Positions 26,270 to 34,346 of a stretch of 64,000 bases of DNA are shown piece after piece. The notes under the pieces are model-generated. The model did not search any database. It was not told the origin of the DNA and worked only from the letters and a program-made list of their open reading frames with translations. Each line of letters begins with the position of its first letter. Within the stretch, counting starts at the first letter, position 1. Origin of the DNA: a virus; UHGV virus genome UHGV-1430915; one strand, given 5' to 3'. The position numbers were made by a program, and so were the translations under genes.

Positions 26270-26548
26270 TTAGGCAACTGTCATTTTACATTCTTGAAAT
26301 TTTAGCACAAGACGGTGATTGTGTCTAGTGTCTAAAAAGATTTTTTCAACCATCAGGCACACGGTATAACCGTCTGTCTTGTTGACAACAAAATCCCCAG
26401 GGTGAGGGAGAATGTCCCCAGGATTGGGGAAACATAACCCGCTCAAGAAGGCATCATCGGTGGTGGACTTAATGGATTTCCACACACTATCTGCCTGAAC
26501 ATTCTCACCAACATAATATACACTACCACATGACTTCATCATAGTCAA
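26270..26548 (-). CDS. hypothetical protein (92 aa)
   Basis: ORF track. Confidence 0.45.
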   Translation of the reverse strand: MTMMKSCGSVYYVGENVQADSVWKSIKSTTDDAFLSGLCFPNPGDILPHPGDFVVNKTDGYTVCLMVEKIFLDTRHNHRLVLKFQECKMTVA

Positions 26549-27444
26549 ATCTCCGCGTAAATTAAACTGGAATCAGTATACTTCTTTAGTGGGTAAATAT
26601 CCTGTCCATAGATGCCGTCATTAAACACCTCATCTACCCAAAGGCTACACTTATATCCCATCATCTCTAAAACACCCATCTCTTCTTCGGTAAACTTATC
26701 ACCGCTCTTGCAAGATGTCAACACCTCATTCTGTACTCTTGCTACCTCGAAGCGATTATTGGCAATATCGCTATTGGCGATCAAATACTCACCTAAAGGG
26801 TGTGCGGCATTAAAGATGCACAGTGGGCGGTTGACGTAATAGTCTCCCGGTGTATAAAAATTGTTGAGATCCTTCACCAGAACATTCTTATCAGTCACTT
26901 CATTTATAACATCATGCATATCACACATCTTTATATGTTTGAGGATTCCATCCCCCATCACAAAATAAAAACTTGCTGAGACACTCTCGGCATAGATCTT
27001 ACTAGATCCGTTGTAGTTGTATTTTACGCGAATGCTTACAGGGGTTTTGCCTGTCGCGTTAGCCATCATCCAAAGGAACGGAAGTTCAAACTTCTCCTCT
27101 GAGGAAACAAAAGGTGAAGTTGCCAGAGATCGGAAACCACCAGAGAAGTTGAAAGTTACAGAGCCGCTCCGGCGATATGATACCGCATATTCTACTTTTA
27201 TATCGACATAGCCGTTGGAGTAAGTGTGGCCTCCATTATCCAGATATGTCCATTTATCAGATCCGGATACCAGCCTACGCTCAATAACCTTCATTACTAT
27301 AGGAATTAGCGGGTTGGTACAAACCGATTTTGAAGTAGCTTTATCATCCAAAGCCTCGTAAATTGCAGAAAGGATATCGCCTGCTGAGAGATTGGTTGTG
27401 ATATCTTGTTTCCACCTGGTGCTAAAACTGTTAAGATTTGCCAT
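26545..27444 (-). CDS. hypothetical protein (299 aa from MANLNSF...)
   Basis: ORF track frame; start moved to ATG at 27444 with SD AGGAG; first gene of the leftward block at the strand-switch point. Confidence 0.5.
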   Translation of the reverse strand: MANLNSFSTRWKQDITTNLSAGDILSAIYEALDDKATSKSVCTNPLIPIVMKVIERRLVSGSDKWTYLDNGGHTYSNGYVDIKVEYAVSYRRSGSVTFNFSGGFRSLATSPFVSSEEKFELPFLWMMANATGKTPVSIRVKYNYNGSSKIYAESVSASFYFVMGDGILKHIKMCDMHDVINEVTDKNVLVKDLNNFYTPGDYYVNRPLCIFNAAHPLGEYLIANSDIANNRFEVARVQNEVLTSCKSGDKFTEEEMGVLEMMGYKCSLWVDEVFNDGIYGQDIYPLKKYTDSSLIYAEI

Positions 27445-27526
27445 GATTAGGTGCTCCTGTGTTCGTTTTCTTTCGAATGGGTGCACTATATCGTGGATTT
27501 AGAGTAAAGTCAACACGTTTTTGAGG

Positions 27527-27555
27527 TTGACATCTTCCCAAGCACTTGATAAGAT
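27527..27555 (+). promoter_or_regulatory. sigma70-like promoter, rightward (TTGACA-17-TAAGAT) at the divergent strand switch
   Basis: TTGACA at 27527-27532, 17-nt spacer, TAAGAT at 27550-27555. Confidence 0.55.
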
Positions 27556-27586
27556 TTCTCCACCTACAGAGCACAAGAGACAACTC

Positions 27587-28576
27587 ATGAATCTTGAAAA
27601 ATATTATACACCAGAAGAGTTAGAGCGCCTGCTCAAAAAATATAGACGCAAACAGAATAATGCACGGAAACGAGATATAGAGTTCAACCTGTCATGGGAA
27701 GAATACCTCCTATTTGGTAAAAAACTTTTAGGAGATGGGGTATGCGACTATACCCTTATACCTTTCGACATGCACACAGATGAAAACGGACTGGGAAATC
27801 CTTTCTACCCATCTCTAGAGCGGATAGATGATGAAGGTCCTTATGCGGTTGATAACTGCTGTGTGGTGGGATTGAGATGCAACTCTCTAAAGGACTGTCT
27901 GGTAGATAAAAAGACCGCAGTCTTGATTAAAGACAAAACTGATCGAAAAATTGTCCAGCAGATGATGCTCCACCTGAGCGAAGAGCGCATGGAGAAATTG
28001 AAAGGTGATTACACTTTTGAAGATTTCATCTTGCAATATGGGACGGAAGAGGATAAACTGGCACTCTTTGACGAAGAATGGGAGGAAGATATGTCACCAA
28101 TGCAGGATTTTAAAAACTTCATGGCTAATCGTGGAGCCAACAAGCACATTTCTGACATCGTAAATGAGCCTATAACAGAAGAGATTGAAGAAATGATGCA
28201 ACAGGATCACGAAGAGGAAAAAGAGCCTCAAGGGGGCGAAGAAGAGCTTACAGAAGAGGTTCCTGCACTGCCTGACGATGTTGAGATTGCCAAAGCTTAC
28301 ACTTTCTATTGCCAGACGTTCTACGATGCGGGTATGAAAGTTGATTTGTCATTCAGCCAGTTTAAGAGCACATACATCCGAAAATGTTGTGCTTTAACTG
28401 GTGAGCGTCTCGGGGTCGGACTTAAACCACTATTAGTGACCGACTGGAATAAAGGTTTCACCAAGGGTAACTTTATGGTAGTATCTCCAATTATGGAGAA
28501 GGCTATGACAGACCTTATGAAGACAACTCGCATGACAATGACCGAGTTGGCTGGTATTTTCAAGCACGTTAAATAA
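27587..28576 (+). CDS. hypothetical protein with a degenerate His-Me/HNH-like cysteine-rich segment
   Basis: Start set at ATG 27587 (MNLEKYY...); segment GDGVCDYT...SLERIDDEGPYAVDNCCVVGLRCNSLKDC resembles an HNH/EndoVII zinc-finger spacing but lacks the catalytic His. Confidence 0.4.
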   Translation: MNLEKYYTPEELERLLKKYRRKQNNARKRDIEFNLSWEEYLLFGKKLLGDGVCDYTLIPFDMHTDENGLGNPFYPSLERIDDEGPYAVDNCCVVGLRCNSLKDCLVDKKTAVLIKDKTDRKIVQQMMLHLSEERMEKLKGDYTFEDFILQYGTEEDKLALFDEEWEEDMSPMQDFKNFMANRGANKHISDIVNEPITEEIEEMMQQDHEEEKEPQGGEEELTEEVPALPDDVEIAKAYTFYCQTFYDAGMKVDLSFSQFKSTYIRKCCALTGERLGVGLKPLLVTDWNKGFTKGNFMVVSPIMEKAMTDLMKTTRMTMTELAGIFKHVK

Positions 28577-28588
28577 TGACAGGGGCCA

Positions 28589-30070
28589 ATGGCCCCTTCT
28601 GGAGTTTTAATGGATAGCAGAAGTTCAGAAATCATTGCCGCACAAAAAGATGACGCCTTGCGAATGCTGCAGGCAGCACGCATGTATCTTCTTGAAAAGC
28701 TGCCGTTTTATGGCACACTGTTGTCAGGGTTGCAGTTCGTAGAAAACCACACATGGTGCTCCACTATGGCAACAGACCATAAACGCATCTACTACAGCCC
28801 TGAGTTCATTATGGGGTTGGCAGATGAGCGTAAAACCATTCTTAAAGCATCTCTGACTGACAAGCAGTTTGAGATGGCTGAGGTTTTCTATTCCCCAAAA
28901 TCTGTGAAAGAGGTGGCCTTTCTTCTGTCACATGAGGTGGGGCATATTATCTGTGATCATCTGGTCCGTGGTAAAAGCTTTGAGCCGGAACTGTTCAATA
29001 TTGCTTGTGATCACGTTATCAACACAGGTCTTGTGGTTGACTTTAGCAAGCCTCCTTGTGTTTTCTTCCCGAAGGGGAAAAGTACTGAGTTCGTAAAAGG
29101 TAAGCCTTTTGGCTTCTTAGCTAGTTGCTACTGTGACATGAGGTTCCATGGATGGATTGCTGAGAACGTTTATGCAGTTCTTGATAAGCAAAGAGATCAG
29201 AATAGCGGTAAAAGTAAGAACGGTAAAGGAGAGAACTCTCAAGGAGATAAACGACAAACCGATGATCACATGAGTGGGAACGGTGGAACTAGTGATGATC
29301 TTGGAAAGGCTATGGGGTATGATCAGCCACAGCCAGTGATCAGTCAATCTGATAAAGATCAAGCCATGCAGGACTCTGGTGACATGTTGGAAGCAGCAAT
29401 GCAAGCTTCCGGAGGTCGTTGCCCAGAGGCGGTGCGTGAGTTTGTCAAGAACAGAGGTAAGCCTGTAATCAATTATATAGACATCATTAAGCAACGTATG
29501 TTGTCCAAACGAAAGGCTGAACTAACCTACAGAAAACCTGGTCGCCGATCTGGGTCTTTGACCAGCACAATGCGAAAAGTTGGGGCTATAAAAAAGAATC
29601 AGCACGTTGTTGTTCCTGGTCGTAATCCGGAAAACACTATAGATATTGTGGTGGCTTTAGACGTTTCTGGGTCGATCTCACAAAGAACTTTAAAGAAAAT
29701 GTTCAATGAGATCACTGGGTTGTGCAATCTATATAAAGAGTTCAAGGTTACGATGTTCTGCTGGTCAACCGAGGTTGGAGAGGTTAAAGTATACACTCGT
29801 GGGAACATCGACGAGATGATCAACTATGAGGTCCACTCAACATGGGGCACAACAGCCGCTTGCGTGTTCAAGTATCTGGACGCTAACATACCAAATGCAA
29901 AAGATGTCATCGTCCTGACCGACCTATACTTTGAGCATAACTTTGAACAAAAGGCTGTTGACAACAAGTGGAAAAAGTACGATACTTTATGGGTTCTCAC
30001 CGAAGGGTATAATAAAAATTATATCCCAAGCTTTGGGAAAACTGTAGAATTGATCGAGTACGCTAAATAA
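28589..30070 (+). CDS. VWA-domain protein with N-terminal putative metallopeptidase (HExxH) domain; DUF2201/CobT-like, typical MoxR partner
   Basis: HEVGH zinc-binding motif; MIDAS motif VVALDVSGSIS. Confidence 0.65.
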   Translation: MAPSGVLMDSRSSEIIAAQKDDALRMLQAARMYLLEKLPFYGTLLSGLQFVENHTWCSTMATDHKRIYYSPEFIMGLADERKTILKASLTDKQFEMAEVFYSPKSVKEVAFLLSHEVGHIICDHLVRGKSFEPELFNIACDHVINTGLVVDFSKPPCVFFPKGKSTEFVKGKPFGFLASCYCDMRFHGWIAENVYAVLDKQRDQNSGKSKNGKGENSQGDKRQTDDHMSGNGGTSDDLGKAMGYDQPQPVISQSDKDQAMQDSGDMLEAAMQASGGRCPEAVREFVKNRGKPVINYIDIIKQRMLSKRKAELTYRKPGRRSGSLTSTMRKVGAIKKNQHVVVPGRNPENTIDIVVALDVSGSISQRTLKKMFNEITGLCNLYKEFKVTMFCWSTEVGEVKVYTRGNIDEMINYEVHSTWGTTAACVFKYLDANIPNAKDVIVLTDLYFEHNFEQKAVDNKWKKYDTLWVLTEGYNKNYIPSFGKTVELIEYAK

Positions 30071-30085
30071 GAGAGGATGTTATTT

Positions 30086-30346
30086 ATGGCAACAGAAGTA
30101 GTAATTAAAGCTGAACGCCCAGTTAAAAAAGCTATCAACACGTTTCCTGTAGGGACCATTGTGAGCATGATTACAGAGTCAGGTCGTGTATCTACACTGC
30201 TGATCGTGAAATCTGCATGCTCATCTTGTGTGTGGGCATATGATCTTGACGAGAAAGAACTGAAAGATTTTGTTGGAGAGCTGAAAGCAACAGAGCTTGA
30301 CGCTCGTATCGAAGTGTTTGGTGAAACTATGGAGGAAGAACAATGA
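30086..30346 (+). CDS. small protein, member 1 of a plus-strand tandem paralog trio
   Basis: Start at second ATG (30086, 9 nt after SD GAGAGGA); shares AE(R)P...F.(V/C)G(T/E)(I/V)V ... pattern with the next two genes. Confidence 0.45.
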   Translation: MATEVVIKAERPVKKAINTFPVGTIVSMITESGRVSTLLIVKSACSSCVWAYDLDEKELKDFVGELKATELDARIEVFGETMEEEQ

Positions 30347-30606
30347 CCACAAAAATAACCATTGCAGAACCGAAAGCTAACACGCAGCCTATCGAAAAGT
30401 TTAAATGCGGTGAGGTGGTAACATTCACACCTGACAATGAAGATGCTAAGATTTTCGCCATGGTCACAGCCGAGTGGATGTGTGACAACACCACACAGGT
30501 TCTGCGTTTTGACACCTATCTTACAGATGAAATCAGGAACGATAAGATCGTGACTGGTGTGGATACTGAGATTATTTTCTACAAGAGCTTTTTAGAAGGT
30601 TTCTGA
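30343..30606 (+). CDS. small protein, member 2 of the plus-strand paralog trio
   Basis: ORF track; ATGA overlap with the upstream gene. Confidence 0.45.
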   Translation: MTTKITIAEPKANTQPIEKFKCGEVVTFTPDNEDAKIFAMVTAEWMCDNTTQVLRFDTYLTDEIRNDKIVTGVDTEIIFYKSFLEGF

Positions 30607-30607
30607 T

Positions 30608-30841
30608 ATGGCGAAAATTCGTAAATTATCCAGCAATCAGGTTGTGAAAGACTTTGAATCTGGAGAGATTCTGTATGTTCGTGATGCAGATGACGAAGGT
30701 GAAGATCTTGTTATGCTAGTAGGACACGCTGAAGACGGATGCATCCAAGCCGTTTTTCTTGAAACAGCCATGGTGCACTGGATAGAGCTGGACCTGAAAG
30801 CACGAAAACCTAAAGCAGAAATCCTGATTTACGAAGATTAA
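30608..30841 (+). CDS. small protein, member 3 of the plus-strand paralog trio
   Basis: ORF track; FESGEILYVRDADDEGEDLVMLVG matches the family pattern. Confidence 0.45.
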   Translation: MAKIRKLSSNQVVKDFESGEILYVRDADDEGEDLVMLVGHAEDGCIQAVFLETAMVHWIELDLKARKPKAEILIYED

Positions 30842-30857
30842 CAAAAAGGAGAGAGCC

Positions 30858-31307
30858 GTGTTGAGCAAACGTGAATGCGACAGCATTAGCCTGAATTCTT
30901 ATAAGAAACAATGGTTTGGGGTGGAAGTTTGCCGACTGCGGCTAGGCTCCTACCTGAACTTCGTTTATTATGAGAGTGATAGTCGTATTGTTTCTTATGA
31001 AGTGTTCTACACCAAGAACACCTTCGAACTGCGCCGTAAAGTGGATGGTGGGAGAACTACCCCCCAGAATAATTGGGAAACTATCCTACCTACGGATGTT
31101 ATAGGAAGTCCCCTGAATGTATCTGAAGATGAAAATCTTATGGTTCATGCTATGATGGGACTTGACAGCTTAGAGCTGGCGATCTATGATATGTCCATCG
31201 AAGCAGTTAAGCTGGACTACATCGAAAACACTTTAGAGGAAGGTATCAAGAAGTTCCTCAGTGAGAAATTAAAAGACCACTTTCATAAGGAGCTATACCT
31301 GTTATGA
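30858..31307 (+). CDS. hypothetical protein (149 aa)
   Basis: ORF track. Confidence 0.5.
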   Translation: MLSKRECDSISLNSYKKQWFGVEVCRLRLGSYLNFVYYESDSRIVSYEVFYTKNTFELRRKVDGGRTTPQNNWETILPTDVIGSPLNVSEDENLMVHAMMGLDSLELAIYDMSIEAVKLDYIENTLEEGIKKFLSEKLKDHFHKELYLL

Positions 31308-31549
31308 AGACCCGTAAAGAACGTAACAAAATTTTACCTGGAGCTCTCGAACACCTGATGAAGTGCAGATCTATTTGGCACTCTGCCAAGGAAGGGCAGA
31401 AGGTGGTTGTGGTTAGTGACAATACCAACCCGTTTGGAGATTATACCACTATGATGGCTCCATATGTCCGTGATGGCGTTGTGGAAGTTGTCCCTTACAA
31501 TGGTCTGCATGAACGGCACTTTGAAAGCACTTTACTGGTGGAGCTATAG
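31304..31549 (+). CDS. hypothetical protein (81 aa)
   Basis: ORF track; ATGA overlap. Confidence 0.45.
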   Translation: MKTRKERNKILPGALEHLMKCRSIWHSAKEGQKVVVVSDNTNPFGDYTTMMAPYVRDGVVEVVPYNGLHERHFESTLLVEL

Positions 31550-31551
31550 TC

Positions 31552-32118
31552 ATGGCGGTCAATGTGGCTTACAACACAGGAAAGCTTGACAGAGACATTG
31601 GGTGTCTTGTCCTTTCAGATACAGAAGAGTATTGGGGTTATGGGTTGCTGTCAGACCCACACCCGAGCAACCTTGTATCAACAGTGCTATACCGCTACGA
31701 CCCTGTGCCAACGGTACACGACAAAGACATTCACGACCTTCGGATCAAGTGCCTAGAAGATCTGCTGGACAATGGTTGCAACGATCTGCGGGTAGCCAGG
31801 GAGAAGCTTACAAATATTCACAAAGAGGAAGTGATGAGCACTCTCAATAAGAGATCAGTGCACAAAAAGATGATGCTGAATTTTGCAATGGGTATCTACA
31901 TGGATGGGTATAAGGGAGGTGATCCGATTCTCAAGCTTCGCTGCCCAACACTGTGGGAAAGGGTGGTTGACAGCAAGGACGGTGCTGCCCTGCTTGAGCT
32001 ACACACTGCAGGTTGGATATGGCGGTATGTTGATGGATACCCTTTATGGGCATGTGGGCCTGGGGAATTTGTTGACAGGCCTAGTGCGGTGGTGGACTTG
32101 CTATTGCAGTTTGAATAA
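31552..32118 (+). CDS. hypothetical protein (188 aa)
   Basis: ORF track. Confidence 0.5.
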   Translation: MAVNVAYNTGKLDRDIGCLVLSDTEEYWGYGLLSDPHPSNLVSTVLYRYDPVPTVHDKDIHDLRIKCLEDLLDNGCNDLRVAREKLTNIHKEEVMSTLNKRSVHKKMMLNFAMGIYMDGYKGGDPILKLRCPTLWERVVDSKDGAALLELHTAGWIWRYVDGYPLWACGPGEFVDRPSAVVDLLLQFE

Positions 32119-32173
32119 AAGTGGGATATAAGGTGTTCATGCACCTACCAACAATACAACAAGAGAGACTGAA

Positions 32174-32449
32174 ATGACGAAAGAAGAAGCTGACGTATTA
32201 GATTTTGCACTGGAGGCTACGCAAGAGGCTCTGGTGTTAGCTTGGAAAATGAACCAGCGTGCTGCAGAATGCAACCGCCGAATCAATGAGATTCTAGGCA
32301 TGTCTATGTATGATTTCACTATGCATGCTGGAGAGATTCCTGAATTAACTGCAGAGATGAATGATCTTGACAATAAGATTAATATCATTCTGAAGACAGC
32401 AGAAACAACTCACCAAACCGCCCGTAAATTTATCAACGAGAAGGTGTGA
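32174..32449 (+). CDS. hypothetical protein (91 aa)
   Basis: ORF track. Confidence 0.45.
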   Translation: MTKEEADVLDFALEATQEALVLAWKMNQRAAECNRRINEILGMSMYDFTMHAGEIPELTAEMNDLDNKINIILKTAETTHQTARKFINEKV

Positions 32450-32916
32450 ATATGGACTACAGCTACTGCGGGGAAGAAGTTCCTTTTAATTACGGCAATC
32501 TTACCACGAGCAATCCATATGAGACTCGCCACGGCACGCACATCATTGCCATCGACTTTGATGGAACGTTTAATGCGAGCCCTTTCATCTTCTCCCGCCT
32601 GATCAGGGATCTGAAGAAGGAGGGGTGGACAGTCTACCTTGTGACTTTCCGATTCATTACTCAAGACAATGTAGACATTGAGTATTGGCGCAAGGAGCTC
32701 GATGTTGGTGTGTTCTACACAGGCGGTGTGCAGAAGGCAGCCTACTTGGCGCAGTTTGATATCTACCCAGATATCTGGATTGATGATTCTCCGGCATGTA
32801 TTCCGGCTAAGAATCAGTTAGAGTTTGCAATGAAGGAGATCGAGTATAAGTCTGCGGCTAAGCGGAACGGATGGCCCTTTATTATTGAAGATTACCCAGA
32901 TCCTGAACCGGAGTAA
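32446..32916 (+). CDS. HAD-superfamily phosphatase-like protein (possible 5'-nucleotidase/polynucleotide phosphatase)
   Basis: Motif I IAIDFDGTF (DxDGT), motif II LVTFR, Lys in GGVQKAAY, motif IV IWIDDSP. Confidence 0.45.
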   Translation: MNMDYSYCGEEVPFNYGNLTTSNPYETRHGTHIIAIDFDGTFNASPFIFSRLIRDLKKEGWTVYLVTFRFITQDNVDIEYWRKELDVGVFYTGGVQKAAYLAQFDIYPDIWIDDSPACIPAKNQLEFAMKEIEYKSAAKRNGWPFIIEDYPDPEPE

Positions 32917-32920
32917 GAGC

Positions 32921-33091
32921 CATGAGGCGAAGATATCATTACCTGATGTGGAAGTTATATCAAAATGCTGCCAAAGCCTATCATATCATGTTTGGCAATG
33001 ACGATCACTACATCATGTTACATCTCACCGCTATTGAGCATCACAATGAGTGGATTCATGCAATCGTGGCAGGTGATAAAGACTTTAAGTA
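32921..33091 (+). CDS. candidate small ORF (56 aa, MRRRYHYLMWKLYQNAAKAYHIMF...)
   Basis: Fills the gap between neighbouring plus-strand genes, GGAG upstream; below the ORF-track cutoff. Confidence 0.25.
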
Positions 33092-33142
33092 AAATATACC
33101 TCAAAAACGTATAGTGCGGCTTTCTAGATGGAGACTGATTAA

Positions 33143-33523
33143 ATGTGCAAGTGTAAATCCTACAATTGGAAAGTGAAAGGTGCCAAGCACCAAAATGTTA
33201 TCGTTGATGTGCCTAAAAAGCTCCGTGACGGCAAAAAACGTGTGTGCCTTGATAAGTGCATGGCTAAGCCTGTCATGAGTCTATGGGCGGCGGGATTGAA
33301 AACTCTAAACTGCTGCTGTGGTCATAACAAAGATGTTCCAAGTATCATTATCCCAGAAGATGCAGACCCTAAAGCTTATGCCAAAATACTGACCCGCTAC
33401 CCCAGCACCTTCCTGATCGGAAAATGGTGTCACGATGAACTTCAATGGTGGGTAGCATACGGTAGTATAGGTACTGCTTTTGGCTTCCCAGCTTTGTCAG
33501 AGCGCTATGTCAAAGTGTCATAA
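33143..33523 (+). CDS. hypothetical cysteine-rich protein (126 aa)
   Basis: ORF track; clusters CKCK, CLDKC, CCCGH suggest metal binding. Confidence 0.45.
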   Translation: MCKCKSYNWKVKGAKHQNVIVDVPKKLRDGKKRVCLDKCMAKPVMSLWAAGLKTLNCCCGHNKDVPSIIIPEDADPKAYAKILTRYPSTFLIGKWCHDELQWWVAYGSIGTAFGFPALSERYVKVS

Positions 33524-33627
33524 TAGAATTTAAGGCCTCAAACGAGGCCTGTGCCTTCATAAATTTCCCCACCCTGTGCGATTGCCTTCCTGAATAAAAT
33601 ACCCTCTCAGATCTCTTAAAATTAAGC

Positions 33628-33656
33628 TTGACACCAACACCAGATCTATATATAAT
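33628..33656 (+). promoter_or_regulatory. perfect-consensus sigma70 promoter, rightward (TTGACA-17-TATAAT)
   Basis: TTGACA at 33628-33633, 17-nt spacer, TATAAT at 33651-33656, after a hairpin AGGCCTCAAACGAGGCCT at 33533-33550. Confidence 0.65.
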
Positions 33657-33684
33657 TCTCACCAACCAAACAGAGGAGATCGTC

Positions 33685-34092
33685 ATGGATAATCTTGCAG
33701 ATGTAAATGTCGAAATTGTTAAACTAAAGTTCTTGGGCTTTCGAGACCCTTATTCTTTAACAGCCATACTAATGGATACTCACTTCACACCAGGTAAAGA
33801 GTACACTGCCTTCCGTTATATTTGCGGAGATCACGAATCGGCTTATAGTGTGAATACAAACCTCGGCGAGGGATATTTCATCAGAGATATCACAGATCAC
33901 TTGTGGGGTATGTGGGAGTTGGTGGGGGAAGAGAATAAATCCCTTCCTAAAGAGATTTGGGTGCACACCTTCCACACAGGCAAGTTTGGAGGTACGGAAC
34001 ATAAGTCTATCCACTATGATGAAGAAAGTGCCATCAAGCAACAAGCTGTGCTTGGTGGATCTGTAGAAAAATTTGTTAAATGCGAGGACTGA
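33685..34092 (+). CDS. hypothetical protein (135 aa from MDNLADVNVE...)
   Basis: Start moved to ATG at 33685 (SD GAGGAG) downstream of the 33628-33656 promoter; the track ORF start at 33628 would overlap the promoter. Confidence 0.5.
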   Translation: MDNLADVNVEIVKLKFLGFRDPYSLTAILMDTHFTPGKEYTAFRYICGDHESAYSVNTNLGEGYFIRDITDHLWGMWELVGEENKSLPKEIWVHTFHTGKFGGTEHKSIHYDEESAIKQQAVLGGSVEKFVKCED

Positions 34093-34095
34093 GAA

Positions 34096-34296
34096 ATGGC
34101 TGATTTTTGTAAAGATTGCTCTGAAGAGTTGTTTGGCTTTGACTGCAAAGATTTGGAAGGTCTGATCACTGAGGATCAGTGGAAGGAAGGCTATGCAGCA
34201 CCTGTTATTTGTGAAAGTTGTGGCTATACCTATGTTGACCATAAAGGTAAGCGCGTCAAGCCGTCTGAAGATGGGGCATGTTGGGAGTATTACTAA
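34096..34296 (+). CDS. hypothetical zinc-ribbon protein (66 aa)
   Basis: CKDC ... CESCGY cysteine pairs. Confidence 0.45.
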   Translation: MADFCKDCSEELFGFDCKDLEGLITEDQWKEGYAAPVICESCGYTYVDHKGKRVKPSEDGACWEYY

Positions 34297-34300
34297 CTAT

Positions 34301-34334
34301 AAAAAGAAAGGGGCCAAACGGCCCCCTTTTTTTA
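34301..34334. terminator. bidirectional rho-independent terminator between convergent gene blocks
   Basis: GGGGCC-AAAC-GGCCCC hairpin with an A-tract on one side and T7 on the other; closes the plus island and the leftward structural operon. Confidence 0.65.
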
Positions 34335-34346
34335 TTTACCCCCTTG

